Source: an uncultured delta proteobacterium (GTDB lineage Bacteria > Desulfobacterota > Binatia > UBA9968). From it: DNA of 64,000 bases. The notes beneath the pieces are model-generated. The model was given only the letters and a program-made list of their open reading frames with translations, made no database searches and was not told where the DNA came from. A program made the position numbers and the translations under genes. Shown in pieces: positions 42,757 to 52,808 of the stretch; the stretch's first letter is position 1; each line of letters begins with the position of its first letter. The stretch is taken from contig CAWJBB010000085.1 of assembly GCA_963840855.1 (NCBI GenBank), positions 32,001 to 96,000 on the forward strand, in the 5' to 3' direction.

Positions 42757-43755
42757 CTAGTTGCGCTTGCGCAACCCAAGCTCGTCGATGATCTTGACGA
42801 AGCTTTGTTCCTCACCGGCGAGGAATTTCCGGAAGTCGGCCGGGCCGAGGTAGGCGTCCACTGCCTTCGCGTTTTTGTTAAACGTCTTCCACGAATCGGC
42901 CGCCATAGCTTTCTGGAACGCCTCGGCGAGAATCCGAATCCGCTCGGCGGGAGTGCCCTTCGGCGCCAGGACGCTCCGCCATTGCACCATCACGACATCC
43001 GATCCTTTTTCCTTCAAGGTCGGCACGTCGGGAAATATCGCGCTCCGCTTCTCACTGGCGACCGCAATGGGAACCATCTTCTTCGCCTCGATGTGCTGGA
43101 AGTATTCGGAGATGTTACCGACGAGCACCTCAGCGTTCTTGCCGAGGAAAGCCAGAGTGGCCGGCCCGCCCCCTTCGTGGGGAATATACTCGACATCGAT
43201 CCCGGCCAACTTCTTCCACGAGAGGATAACGAAGCTATCGATCCCGCCGATTGCGGAGCCGGCGACGCGTAATTTCTTTGGGTTGGCTTTCGCATACGCG
43301 ACGAGCTGGTCAATTGTTTTCCACGGCGCATCCGGGTGGACCAGAAGCCACTCCTCCTCCGCGTGGATCCGGGCGATCGGCTCAAAGGCATCCCACTTGA
43401 GCGCCGGCTGATTGGTGATCGTCGGCGTGATGATTGAAGAACCGGCATGAGCGAAGAGGATCGTGTAGCCATCGGCGGGCCGGCTGGCGGCATAAGCGTT
43501 GGCGGCCGTGCCTCCGGCGCCGGGGCGATTCTCCACCACGACGGGCTGCGGGATGGAGGTCTTCGCAGCTTCCGTGAGGGCGCGCGCGAACACATCCGCC
43601 CCTCCACCGGGGGCAAAGCCTACGACGAACGTGATCGGGCGCGTCGGATAATCGACGCGCGGCGCCTGCGCTACGGCTGGAGTCGCGGGCATCGCAGAAA
43701 CAAAAAATGCCGTAAAAAGTACTAGCGTAACATCTATGATTGGCCGCTTATTCAT
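42757..43755 (-). CDS. tctC: Tripartite tricarboxylate transporter substrate-binding protein
   Basis: YPTRPITFVVGFAPGGGAD, VENRPGAGG, ADGYT, PDVPTLKE. Confidence 0.92.
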   Translation of the reverse strand: MNKRPIIDVTLVLFTAFFVSAMPATPAVAQAPRVDYPTRPITFVVGFAPGGGADVFARALTEAAKTSIPQPVVVENRPGAGGTAANAYAASRPADGYTILFAHAGSSIITPTITNQPALKWDAFEPIARIHAEEEWLLVHPDAPWKTIDQLVAYAKANPKKLRVAGSAIGGIDSFVILSWKKLAGIDVEYIPHEGGGPATLAFLGKNAEVLVGNISEYFQHIEAKKMVPIAVASEKRSAIFPDVPTLKEKGSDVVMVQWRSVLAPKGTPAERIRILAEAFQKAMAADSWKTFNKNAKAVDAYLGPADFRKFLAGEEQSFVKIIDELGLRKRN

Positions 43756-43778
43756 AACGTCTTTCCTCCTTTGTTTGA

Positions 43779-45308
43779 CTATTTGGCCGTAGATTCCACC
43801 GCGTCTGAACTAGCCCGCCTAGAGCGCCAGACACGGGTCACGTTGACTACCGCCGGGTAGACTAGAACGCCGAGTGTTAAAACGAAAAGCGTACCGGCGA
43901 TAGGCCGAGTGAGAAAAATGGACCAACTGCCGTGGGAGATGATCAGCGAGCGCCTAAGCTCGCTCTCCGCCAAGACACCGAGGACCATCCCGAGCACCGT
44001 CGCCGCGGGTGAGAACCCGAAGACCTCCATCGCGTAGCCGATGACGCCGAAGGCCAGCGCAATAAGCGGATTCAGCACGAAGAGATCGCCGGCGTATGTG
44101 CCGATAACAACCAGCGACAGAACTGAGGCGATCAGCACCTGCGGGGCGAGTTTTAGCGCCAAGAGACACAGCCGGAGAAGGACAATGCCTACGGGGATCA
44201 TCAGCAAGTTCACGAGGATAAGCCCGGCAAACAACGTGTAGACGAGGTGGCTGTGCTTCGTGAGCAGGAACGGGCCGGGCACGATGCCGTGCAAGATCAG
44301 CGCGGCGAGCATGATCGCTGCTGAGTTCGACCCAGGGATGCCAAGGGCAAGGGTCGGCACGAGGTCGCCCCCCTGCACTGCGTTGTTGGCCGTCTCCGGG
44401 GCCGCCACGCCTTCCATGGATCCCTTGCCGAAGAGGTCCGGCCGCTTCGACCAACGCCGGGCCTCGTTATAGGCAACGAATGAGGACGCCGTTGCGCCGG
44501 CGCCCGGCATGATCCCCACGATGAGCCCGACGATAGTTCCGACAAATGTGGCCCGCCCGACGGCCTTGAGTTCCGCAAGGGTGGGGAAGTCCGTGGAGGT
44601 CTTCCCCACCATCACTTGAGCCTGGCGGGTCGGGTGGGCGATCTGCGAGAACATTTCGGAGACAGCGAAAAGGCCTACCATCGCTGAGATGATATCGATC
44701 CCGGTCAGGAGCTCCGGTCGCCCAAAAGTAAAGCGCAAGGATCCGGTGAGGGTATCCATCCCTACGGTTGTCAGCAGGAGCCCGAAGAATCCCGAGGCGA
44801 GCCCCTTCAAGAAACTCGGCCCGGAAAGCCCCGCGATGAGGGTGAGTCCAAAGAGCGCCAAGGTAAAAACTTCGGGCGATCCAAAGTGCAGGACGAGTTC
44901 GCCGAGCGGTACAACCAGCGCAATGAGGACGACGATACTGATGAGACCGCCGATGGTGCCGCAGATCAGCGAGACTCCGAGCGCCTTGCCAGCATGGCCT
45001 TGCCGCATAAGCTCGTAGCCGTCGAGCAGCGCGGCCGCGGAGGCGGGCGTACCTGGGATGCGCATCAGGATTGCTGGGATCGAGCCGCCATAGTTCGCCC
45101 CCGCCCACACTCCAGCCAGCATGACAAGCGCGGTGGCGGGGTCCAGCGCAAAGGTGAACGGGAGCGCCAAGGCCATGGCAACCGCGCCGCTGATGCCAGG
45201 GATGGCGCCACCGATGATTCCCCAGGCCACGCCTCCGATCATGATGAGAATCCCTGTCCCCTGGACGGCCGCTACGAAGCCGGCTGAAAGATTCTCGAGG
45301 AAATTCAT
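43779..45308 (-). CDS. tctA: Tripartite tricarboxylate transporter large permease
   Basis: GAIPGISG, YGGSIPAIL..IPGTP, APETANNA, LALGIPG. Confidence 0.93.
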   Translation of the reverse strand: MNFLENLSAGFVAAVQGTGILIMIGGVAWGIIGGAIPGISGAVAMALALPFTFALDPATALVMLAGVWAGANYGGSIPAILMRIPGTPASAAALLDGYELMRQGHAGKALGVSLICGTIGGLISIVVLIALVVPLGELVLHFGSPEVFTLALFGLTLIAGLSGPSFLKGLASGFFGLLLTTVGMDTLTGSLRFTFGRPELLTGIDIISAMVGLFAVSEMFSQIAHPTRQAQVMVGKTSTDFPTLAELKAVGRATFVGTIVGLIVGIMPGAGATASSFVAYNEARRWSKRPDLFGKGSMEGVAAPETANNAVQGGDLVPTLALGIPGSNSAAIMLAALILHGIVPGPFLLTKHSHLVYTLFAGLILVNLLMIPVGIVLLRLCLLALKLAPQVLIASVLSLVVIGTYAGDLFVLNPLIALAFGVIGYAMEVFGFSPAATVLGMVLGVLAESELRRSLIISHGSWSIFLTRPIAGTLFVLTLGVLVYPAVVNVTRVWRSRRASSDAVESTAK

Positions 45309-45310
45309 AA

Positions 45311-45835
45311 TCAGAGAAGACCCTCGATGACACCGCCCGGCACCGGGATCCGTAGCCCAAAGCGGAAGGTCAAATAAAGGACAATCGTGATCACCACGGG
45401 AGCAACGATCAGAGTGCGCCACGTCGCACCGCCGTGGATGAGTAGAATCGCCACGACGTATAGGGGCGTAGTAATAAGGTATCCGACAGGTTCAAAGGCC
45501 GCGACGTAGATAGCCGTCGCCCCCACAGCCCCCAGCAGACGTATAGGTGAGAACGGTCCCCTCTCAACCTCCTCGGCCCCTTCGGCGCCGGAGAGGAGGC
45601 CTGCCTTCTCGGGCTGCCAACGGAAGATAGCTCCAACGCCAAGCAGTAGACCACAGAAGGCAATTCCCACCCCGAGGGCACGCGGGAAGACGCGGGGACC
45701 TAACGGATCGGTGTAAACGCCCGGCTCGATCTTCCCGCCGAGAGCGATGACAACAGCGCCGAAGACGGCGAGAAAAACCGCAATAGCAATCTCACGCCGG
45801 GAAATATTTTTTTGCGAGTGCGCCGTCTCTGCCAC
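45311..45835 (-). CDS. tctB: Tripartite tricarboxylate transporter small permease
   Basis: DPLGPRVFP, several TM helices, F...LRIPVP.G. Confidence 0.88.
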   Translation of the reverse strand: MAETAHSQKNISRREIAIAVFLAVFGAVVIALGGKIEPGVYTDPLGPRVFPRALGVGIAFCGLLLGVGAIFRWQPEKAGLLSGAEGAEEVERGPFSPIRLLGAVGATAIYVAAFEPVGYLITTPLYVVAILLIHGGATWRTLIVAPVVITIVLYLTFRFGLRIPVPGGVIEGLL

Positions 45836-46071
45836 GTTGTGCGCCCGATTGTCGGTCCTTGACCTGACCGCTAAAAGAAAGAATTCGCGGAAACAGCGCC
45901 GGATTTTAGTCAGGGTTCCGGTGACGTGTCAAGGCAATGTCATGATCCACGACTGACGCCGGAAATCTCGTGATCAATCGAGTCCATCGTGGCGATCGCC
46001 GGAGGTCTTTGCTATTTCCTCGGACTTTATTGTAAAGAAATTTTGACTTTCTTATCGTTTTCAATACGCCT

Positions 46072-47235
46072 ATGAAGGAAAAATCAGAGGTTTGTTCGAC
46101 TAAAAAACGAGTGTTCCTAGTCGGTGTGAGTATCATCTTATTCCTCCTCTTCGTTGCGAGCGGAGTCGCGCGAGCCGCAGAGTCGAAACCAGGCTGGCAA
46201 GTTGAATGGGATAAAACGCTGAAGGCGGCTGAGGCGGAGGGTGAGGTCACGGTTTACGTCGTTGATTACCCCAGGTTCACAGTCAGTCAATTTCACAAAG
46301 CTTATCCCAGGATCAAGCTCAACCTGGTAGACGGTCCCAGCGGCCCAGCGCTGTCATCTCGACTTATGGCCGAGCGGAGAGCGGGAAAATATCAAGCCGA
46401 TCTATACGTTGGCGGACAAGGGACGCATGTTTCAGTTTTATATCCCGCCAAGGCTCTGGCTCCCATGCTGCCCGCTTTCATCCTGCCGGAGGTGAAAGAC
46501 GAATCAAAATGGTTCAAGGGGAAGCATCGTTTTGTCGACCCTGAAACTCGTCACTCTTTTGTCTTTCAGGGACATCGGGGCCTTTACATCTCCTACAACA
46601 CACAGCAAGTGAGGGCAGACGAAATCAAGTCATGGTGGGATCTGCTAAACCCGAAATGGAAGGGAAAAATCATCGGCTACGACCCGTCAATTGCCGGGGT
46701 AGCCCGCAATGTTCTGTGGTACCTTTATATGAACAAGTTTCTGGGTCCGGAATTCATGAGCAAACTGTATGGTGAAATGCAATTAACCTTGAGTCGAGAC
46801 CATCGCCAGTTGGTGGATTGGCTGGCCGCGGGGAAGGCGGCCCTCTGCGTTCCCTGCGACGATGCGGAATTGGGCGGCGCCAAAGAGCAGCGGCTTCCCG
46901 TCGAGTCCATTACCTATTCTCTGAAAGAGGGCGACTATATCGCTGCTGGACAAGGAGTGATCAGCTTGATCGCGCCCGCGCCTCATCCGCATGCGGCGCA
47001 GATCTTTCTCAACTGGTTCCTTTCAAGGGAAGGACAGACCTTGTACCAGGAGTATTCCGTCAAATCCGGCCAGCGCAACGCGAACTCTCGCCGCACGGAT
47101 ATCCCCAAAGACGTCATTGCACCTGAATACCGCTTGAAAGACGACTCGGTTTTCTGGGAAAACGGGCCCACCGTAGATCAGGAAACCGCTGAAGCCACCA
47201 AGACGCTCAAAGCAATTCTCGCAAGGAGACCGTAG
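46072..47235 (+). CDS. ABC transporter solute-binding protein (orphan)
   Basis: W.KTLKAAEAEGEVTVY, SWWDLLNPKWKG, APHPHAAQIFLNWFLSREGQ. Confidence 0.85.
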   Translation: MKEKSEVCSTKKRVFLVGVSIILFLLFVASGVARAAESKPGWQVEWDKTLKAAEAEGEVTVYVVDYPRFTVSQFHKAYPRIKLNLVDGPSGPALSSRLMAERRAGKYQADLYVGGQGTHVSVLYPAKALAPMLPAFILPEVKDESKWFKGKHRFVDPETRHSFVFQGHRGLYISYNTQQVRADEIKSWWDLLNPKWKGKIIGYDPSIAGVARNVLWYLYMNKFLGPEFMSKLYGEMQLTLSRDHRQLVDWLAAGKAALCVPCDDAELGGAKEQRLPVESITYSLKEGDYIAAGQGVISLIAPAPHPHAAQIFLNWFLSREGQTLYQEYSVKSGQRNANSRRTDIPKDVIAPEYRLKDDSVFWENGPTVDQETAEATKTLKAILARRP

Positions 47236-47248
47236 AAGGAAACAAATC

Positions 47249-48502
47249 ATGCTCTCAAGAGAAGAAAACGAGCTTTTGACCCGCGTAGGTCCCGACAGCC
47301 CAATGGGCGGTCTGATCAGGCGGTATTGGATTCCCGCCCTGTTGTCAGAGGAAATTCCCAATCCCGATTGTCCTCCCGTGCGGGTGCGACTCCTCGGCGA
47401 GGACCTCGTCGCTTTTCGCGACACTCAGGGAAGGATCGGCCTTTTGGACGAGCACTGTTCTCATAGGGGAACTTCGCTGTTTTACGGCCGTAACGAAGAG
47501 TGCGGTCTGCGCTGCATCTATCATGGCTGGAAGTACGACGTCGAAGGCAACGTGCTTGACACACCGGCGGAACCTTCCGGTAGCCAGTTAAAAAACAAGG
47601 TCCGTCATATTGCTTATCCCTGCGTCGAAGCGGGCGGAGTGGTCTTCACCTACATGGGAGCGCCGGACGAAGTCCCGGTCTTCCCAACCTACGCCTGGCT
47701 TGGCGTGCCGCAGAAGCAAATTTACATAGCGAAGAGTCTTTTGGAGTGTAACTATCTTCAAGGATTGGACGGCGACTGCGATTCCGCCCATTTGAATTTC
47801 CTCCATAAAATGTTCAAGCCGGACGCGCGCCGGGAATTCCTGAGACACGAAGATCAGTCCCCGGCTTTTGAAATCGACGAGATGGACTTCGGCTTCAGGG
47901 TCGCCGCTATCAGGAAGATCGGATCCGACAAGAGTTATGTGCGGATCTCACAATTTGTCATGCCGTTTATCGGCTGCGTTCCGGTGGGCCGCGAGGTCGA
48001 CGGAAAACTCGATGGCTTTAAAGCCGTCTACCAGGTTCCTGCCGACGACAATAACACCTGGAGGTACGATTTCTTTTTTAAATGGTCGAACCCGATGACC
48101 AAGGAGGATTCATCGAAGCGAGATTTCGTCGGCCCCGATTACCGGAAGCTGCGCAACATCCGCAACAACTATCTCCAGGACAGGCAGGTTCAGAAGACGG
48201 TCAATTTCACCGGGATAGAAGAATTTTTGAACCAGGACGCATGTGCAACGGAGAGTATGGGACCCATCGTCGACAGAACCAAAGAGCATCTTGGAGTGAG
48301 CGATTCGTACGTCATTCAAGTTCGAAGATTTTTGCTCAAAGCACTTAGGGATTTGCAAGCGGGTAAACCGCCTCCGGGTCTCGTCTACGACTCGGCACAA
48401 GCCGACTTTTCTCGTATCCGATGTGACGTTGCTTATTTGCCTGCCCACGTCTCTTGGCGCACGCTATTCGAAGAAAGAAGCGATCAAAGCGAAAAGGCCT
48501 GA
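47249..48502 (+). CDS. Rieske non-heme iron oxygenase (phthalate 4,5-dioxygenase-like)
   Basis: MLSREENELLTRVGP, CSHRG...CIYHGW, DSAHLNFLH, QD...ESMG. Confidence 0.92.
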   Translation: MLSREENELLTRVGPDSPMGGLIRRYWIPALLSEEIPNPDCPPVRVRLLGEDLVAFRDTQGRIGLLDEHCSHRGTSLFYGRNEECGLRCIYHGWKYDVEGNVLDTPAEPSGSQLKNKVRHIAYPCVEAGGVVFTYMGAPDEVPVFPTYAWLGVPQKQIYIAKSLLECNYLQGLDGDCDSAHLNFLHKMFKPDARREFLRHEDQSPAFEIDEMDFGFRVAAIRKIGSDKSYVRISQFVMPFIGCVPVGREVDGKLDGFKAVYQVPADDNNTWRYDFFFKWSNPMTKEDSSKRDFVGPDYRKLRNIRNNYLQDRQVQKTVNFTGIEEFLNQDACATESMGPIVDRTKEHLGVSDSYVIQVRRFLLKALRDLQAGKPPPGLVYDSAQADFSRIRCDVAYLPAHVSWRTLFEERSDQSEKA

Positions 48503-48569
48503 GAGTTCAAGCCGTTCAATAGGACCGCTATCGGCGCACCCGATTTTGAGCCGTCATTTATTCTCCTTC

Positions 48570-48697
48570 GCCGAATACCTCGCAGCTTGCTGCGAGGATG
48601 AAGGCGAGGAGAACCCTCCGTAGCCTTGGCGAAGGAGGGTGGAAGGGCTTCGGAGAATTTCGCAAAGCACCTCGGAGCTTTGCTCCGAGGAGCTTCA
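48570..48697. repeat. Cluster of REP-like hairpins
   Basis: CCTCGCAGCTTGCTGCGAGG, CCCTCCGTAGCCTTGGCGAAGGAGGG, CCTCGGAGCTTTGCTCCGAGG between convergent genes. Confidence 0.7.
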
Positions 48698-49288
48698 TTT
48701 ATAGCCCTCGACGATCAGCTGCCGCCGAAAGCAATTGATGACGTGATCGTTGACCATTCCCGTGGCTTGCATGTGCGCATAACAAATCGTCGAGCCGACA
48801 AATTTGAAACCCCGCTCTTTCAAATCTTTGCTCATGAGGTCGGACTCCTTGCTGGTCGAGCGATAGTCCTTCAAGGTTCGAAATTTATTTACAATCGGTT
48901 TTCCGCCGACAAAGCGCCAGATGTAGGCATCGAAGCTGCCGAACTCGTTTTTGATAGTCAAAAACTTTTTCGCATTGTTAACCGTCGCCAGAATCTTTTG
49001 CTCGTTACGGATGATTCCCGCGTTGCCGAGCAATAGACCGACCTGGCGCTTTCCGAATCGCGCTACCTTCTCAACGTCGAAATTGGCAAACGCCTCCCGG
49101 TAGGCGTCGCGCTTGCGCAACACGGTGTACCAGCTAAGCCCGGCTTGTGCCGCTTCTAAGGTTAGGAATTCAAAAATCGTGCGGTCGTCGTGCACCGGCA
49201 CGCCCCACTCTTCGTCATGGTACTGGACGTAATCCGGCTTGGTCATATCGACCCAGGGGCAACGACTGTTCTTGTTGGGGCTTTTCAT
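48695..49288 (-). CDS. tag: DNA-3-methyladenine glycosylase I
   Basis: RCPW, YHDEEWG, LEAAQAGLSW, IIRN..KI, FVGSTICYAHMQATGMVNDH...C. Confidence 0.95.
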   Translation of the reverse strand: MKSPNKNSRCPWVDMTKPDYVQYHDEEWGVPVHDDRTIFEFLTLEAAQAGLSWYTVLRKRDAYREAFANFDVEKVARFGKRQVGLLLGNAGIIRNEQKILATVNNAKKFLTIKNEFGSFDAYIWRFVGGKPIVNKFRTLKDYRSTSKESDLMSKDLKERGFKFVGSTICYAHMQATGMVNDHVINCFRRQLIVEGYK

Positions 49289-49342
49289 GGCGAGGGGAGG
49301 TAAACGATTCAAAGTTCAAGGTTCAATCGCAATGTGGTACAA

Positions 49343-49819
49343 TCAACTTTTTGACGCTGGATGCGCAAGGTCAACCCAAAGAACTTCCTCTGGCGTCTCC
49401 ACTGTAGGGATAGCCAAATTTACCACGATGGGTTCTTGATCGCTGCGCACGACCACGCACGTCAGCGGCTCGCTGGGACTGGCGTTGATTTCCTGATGCG
49501 GGACGAACGGCGGCACGAAGATAAAATCCCCCGGACCAGCTTCCGCGAAAAACTCGAGTCGCTCACCCCAGCGCATCCGGGCTCTGCCGCTGACGATATA
49601 GATGATGCTTTCCAATTCGCCGTGATGGTGCGGCGCGGTCTTGGCGTTGGGATGCACGCTGACCGTGCCGGCCCATAGCCGGTTGGCCCCCGCCATCGCC
49701 CGATTGATGGCCGCCGCCCGCGTCATGCCGGGGGTCTGCGGGGTATTCGAATCAAGCTGGTCGCCGTGGACGATTCGCACGCCGCCATCCCGCCATTGGC
49801 TCTCGGATGCTCCAGACAT
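49343..49819 (-). CDS. Cupin domain protein
   Basis: HHHGELES.IY...G.ARMRWG, PGDFIFVPPFVPHQEIN. Confidence 0.88.
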   Translation of the reverse strand: MSGASESQWRDGGVRIVHGDQLDSNTPQTPGMTRAAAINRAMAGANRLWAGTVSVHPNAKTAPHHHGELESIIYIVSGRARMRWGERLEFFAEAGPGDFIFVPPFVPHQEINASPSEPLTCVVVRSDQEPIVVNLAIPTVETPEEVLWVDLAHPASKS

Positions 49820-49857
49820 GTTCGACCTCCAGTATCTTAATAGAATTCTTCCTACTC

Positions 49858-50949
49858 TTACCCCACGACATAGCGGCTGATCTCGCGGTTAAACTCCAAC
49901 CCGAGCCCGGGTTTCTTCGGTACCGAAAGCTCACCATTCACCGGAACCGGCACTTCTTCGAAAAGCCTGAATGACCAGGGCATATATTCGACCGTGAGGC
50001 CATTAGGCGCGGACGACACCAGATGCACATGGATTTCCGGCAACAGATGACTCACCACGGGAACGTTGAAAGCCCCGGCCATCGCCGCAACCTTCATCCA
50101 ATTGCCGATGCCGCCGACGCGCAGCAGATCGATCATCACGATGTCCACGGAGCGGGCCTCCAGCATATGGCGAAACGGCGTGAGACCGTAGAGATACTCG
50201 CCGCCGGCGAGGGGCGTGGCCAAAGCATCGGCCACCCGGGCAAGACCGGCATAATCATCGGGTGTCGTAACATCCTCGAGCCAAAAGAAATGAACGTCCT
50301 CCACCCGCTTGCCGATCTCGATGGCTTGGTTGACGGTCCAGCGCTGGTTGATGTCGCACATGAGGTCGGTATCCGGCCCCACCGCCTCGCGGATCAAACG
50401 CGCCCGCTCCACTTCCTTGCGCGGCGTCGTGTCGCCGGGCAAGGCGAGCTGGGTTTTCATTTGCCTGTAGCCTTTTTCGCGCAGCACCCGCGCGGATTTC
50501 AGCACTTCGTCTAAAGGCGATGTGCGCGCCAGCGCGCCGCTGGCATAGGTCGGTACTCGGTCGCGCAACCCGCCCAACAGCTGAGCGACGGACTGCCCCA
50601 ACACCTTCCCTTTGATATCCCAGAGCGCTATGTCGAACGCGGAGATGGCAAGCGTCGATATGCCGCCCGGTCCGGCGCTGCCGGCGGCATCACGTAGTTT
50701 GCGGAGGACAAGCTCGGTGGGCAGCGGGTCCTCGCCGATGATCAATTCACCGAGCAACTCCACCGCCCGCTTTAACGCCGGCGTAAGAGTCCCGCCAAAA
50801 AAGGTGACGCCTATGCCCTCGACGCCGTCATCGGTCTCCAGGCGCAAGGTGACGAAATCGAGGTGCGAACGATGAAAGCCGGAACCGCCGGCCAGCGGTT
50901 CCTCGACAGGCAGTCTGGCGATTTGCGATTTAACCGTGGTGATCTTCAT
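49858..50949 (-). CDS. Mandelate racemase/muconate lactonizing enzyme family protein
   Basis: DIALWDIKGK, LMCDINQ, WLED, GGE, PGLG. Confidence 0.9.
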   Translation of the reverse strand: MKITTVKSQIARLPVEEPLAGGSGFHRSHLDFVTLRLETDDGVEGIGVTFFGGTLTPALKRAVELLGELIIGEDPLPTELVLRKLRDAAGSAGPGGISTLAISAFDIALWDIKGKVLGQSVAQLLGGLRDRVPTYASGALARTSPLDEVLKSARVLREKGYRQMKTQLALPGDTTPRKEVERARLIREAVGPDTDLMCDINQRWTVNQAIEIGKRVEDVHFFWLEDVTTPDDYAGLARVADALATPLAGGEYLYGLTPFRHMLEARSVDIVMIDLLRVGGIGNWMKVAAMAGAFNVPVVSHLLPEIHVHLVSSAPNGLTVEYMPWSFRLFEEVPVPVNGELSVPKKPGLGLEFNREISRYVVG

Positions 50950-51101
50950 GGCCGATTTTTAGTCCTCCGATGGCCGGGAATCAAGCCGATTCTTGAACAT
51001 CGCCGCCGCTCGCAGCGTTATGCCGCGCCGACGAGGGATGGCGCTGACTACTTTCGCCTTGCGCTCTCTGCTAGACTGGCGCGCAACAGAAGCGGATCTC
51101 A

Positions 51102-51695
51102 ATGTTCAACCCTGGAAATTATCTAGCGCGCTTCGATCTCGCGCGGCTTCGCCCCTACGGCATGGCGAGCATTATTTTATTCGCACTTGGCGCGCTCGGC
51201 GGCGGGTTGGCGATTATTCTTTACCCGGAGGCGGCATCGCAGCTCCAGGATCTATTGAAACAGTTTGCCAAGATGTTTCAAGGCATGCCCAAGTTGAAAC
51301 TTGCTGCCGCGATCTTTCTCAACAACAGCCTCAAGACGCTGCTGGCCATATTACTGGGTCCCTTGCTTGGTTTGGCGCCGGTCGTTTTTCTCATCGTTAA
51401 CGGCGCGATTCTGGGCGCCGTGATTCCGGTCGCTATCGAATCCAAAGGGCTGTGGCATTCGATCATGACCATCGTCCCCCATGGTATCCTTGAATTGCCG
51501 GCGATCTTTCTAGGGACAAGCATAGGAATCAAACTGGGATTGCATCCCTTCCGGCACCTGGTGGGTAAGGCAGACACCACCTTCCTCTCCGAACTTGGCC
51601 ATGGCTTGCGGCTATTTTTCGGCGTCATTCTCCCGTTGTTGCTTGTCGCAGCGGCGATCGAAGTGTTCGTCACACCGCTTATAGCGGGCCTGTAG
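51102..51695 (+). CDS. SpoIIM-family membrane protein
   Basis: IFLNN, NG..LG, PHGILELPA, AAAIE.FVTP. Confidence 0.85.
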   Translation: MFNPGNYLARFDLARLRPYGMASIILFALGALGGGLAIILYPEAASQLQDLLKQFAKMFQGMPKLKLAAAIFLNNSLKTLLAILLGPLLGLAPVVFLIVNGAILGAVIPVAIESKGLWHSIMTIVPHGILELPAIFLGTSIGIKLGLHPFRHLVGKADTTFLSELGHGLRLFFGVILPLLLVAAAIEVFVTPLIAGL

Positions 51696-51955
51696 TGGGC
51701 AAAATATCGAGGATAAGGGAATATGGAGCAACAGGAGGCTTCCGCGTATTTCCGTTCATTGCCGTTTTCTAATTGCCACCAATCGTAAATTCCCGAAGGC
51801 CTGTTTCGCGCGCCGATTAAATGCGTTAGACCTGCTGCGCGATATTCAATAGTGTGTGCATAGATTTCCGGGCGAGTGCCTCCTTGATGGATAGTTACAT
51901 TAGAATTACAAGTCGGTCCCGGTTTCTGGCTCCGGGAATTGACTAGAAAGATGCC

Positions 51956-52465
51956 GTGATGACTTCCCTTAAAAATCAAACCGTCTGGCAACGATGGCTC
52001 AACCAATCTCTACGAGAAGCCGGATGGGCGCCCTTTCTGGTTTTCGCCGTTCACGCCATCGCGCTGGGGGCCTTTGATGCTTACAGCCGCTTTGCTCGTT
52101 TAGACCTCCTCATGCACTTTATCGGCGGTGCGGTTATGGCATTCTTCCTTCATCGGACCTCGATCAACGCGTCGCTAATCGGCCTCTTCGGACCACACCA
52201 TCCGATCACGCACCGGCTATTAGTGTTCACGGCGACATGCGCCGTTGCCCTATTTTGGGAGTTTGCTGAATTTATTGCAGATCAAACCCTGGGAACCCAT
52301 TCACAAGCCGGTTTAGCGGATACTCTCGGTGACCTGCTATTCGGTGTTATTGGCGCCGGCGTTTTCATATTATCTAGCTTCGTCTTGGTACGTTATCCCC
52401 ACCTGTCGCTGGCTAGAATCATTCAAAGATTGCAAAGCACCAAAGCTGTTGTACCCGGTGATTGA
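51956..52465 (+). CDS. Hypothetical membrane protein (H..GG, WE..E, DT..DL motifs)
   Basis: DLLMHFIGG, FWEFAEF..D, DTLGDLLFG. Confidence 0.65.
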   Translation: MMTSLKNQTVWQRWLNQSLREAGWAPFLVFAVHAIALGAFDAYSRFARLDLLMHFIGGAVMAFFLHRTSINASLIGLFGPHHPITHRLLVFTATCAVALFWEFAEFIADQTLGTHSQAGLADTLGDLLFGVIGAGVFILSSFVLVRYPHLSLARIIQRLQSTKAVVPGD

Positions 52466-52502
52466 CCCACCGATCGTGACATTTGTCGTCACACCTTAGT
52501 CT

Positions 52503-52633
52503 AGCCGGCTGCTGAAGAAATCCCACGGACGATCGTGCTCGTGATATGAACGTGCTCGTCTTACGAACACGAGACACTAACACGAATGACGAAAAATGGG
52601 CGCCTCGCCTGTGAAATTTTTTTGAGCAGCTTC
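52503..52633. repeat. MITE-like element with GCTGCTGAAGAAA / TTTTTGAGCAGC ends and internal CACGA repeats
   Basis: Imperfect terminal inverted repeats; noncoding interior. Confidence 0.5.
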
Positions 52634-52808
52634 AGGTCACGTAATCCGGGCGGGTCGCGCTCTCCGCTTGAATCACCGGACTTAAGTTTAGCTATAAGAA
52701 GACAGTGGGCTGCAAACGAGTTTGATCGCGTCTAGAATTTCGAGTCCACCCGAGACCCGGACCTCGAAACCGCGAACGGCGCAAGGACATATTGGAAGGA
52801 AAATAAAT

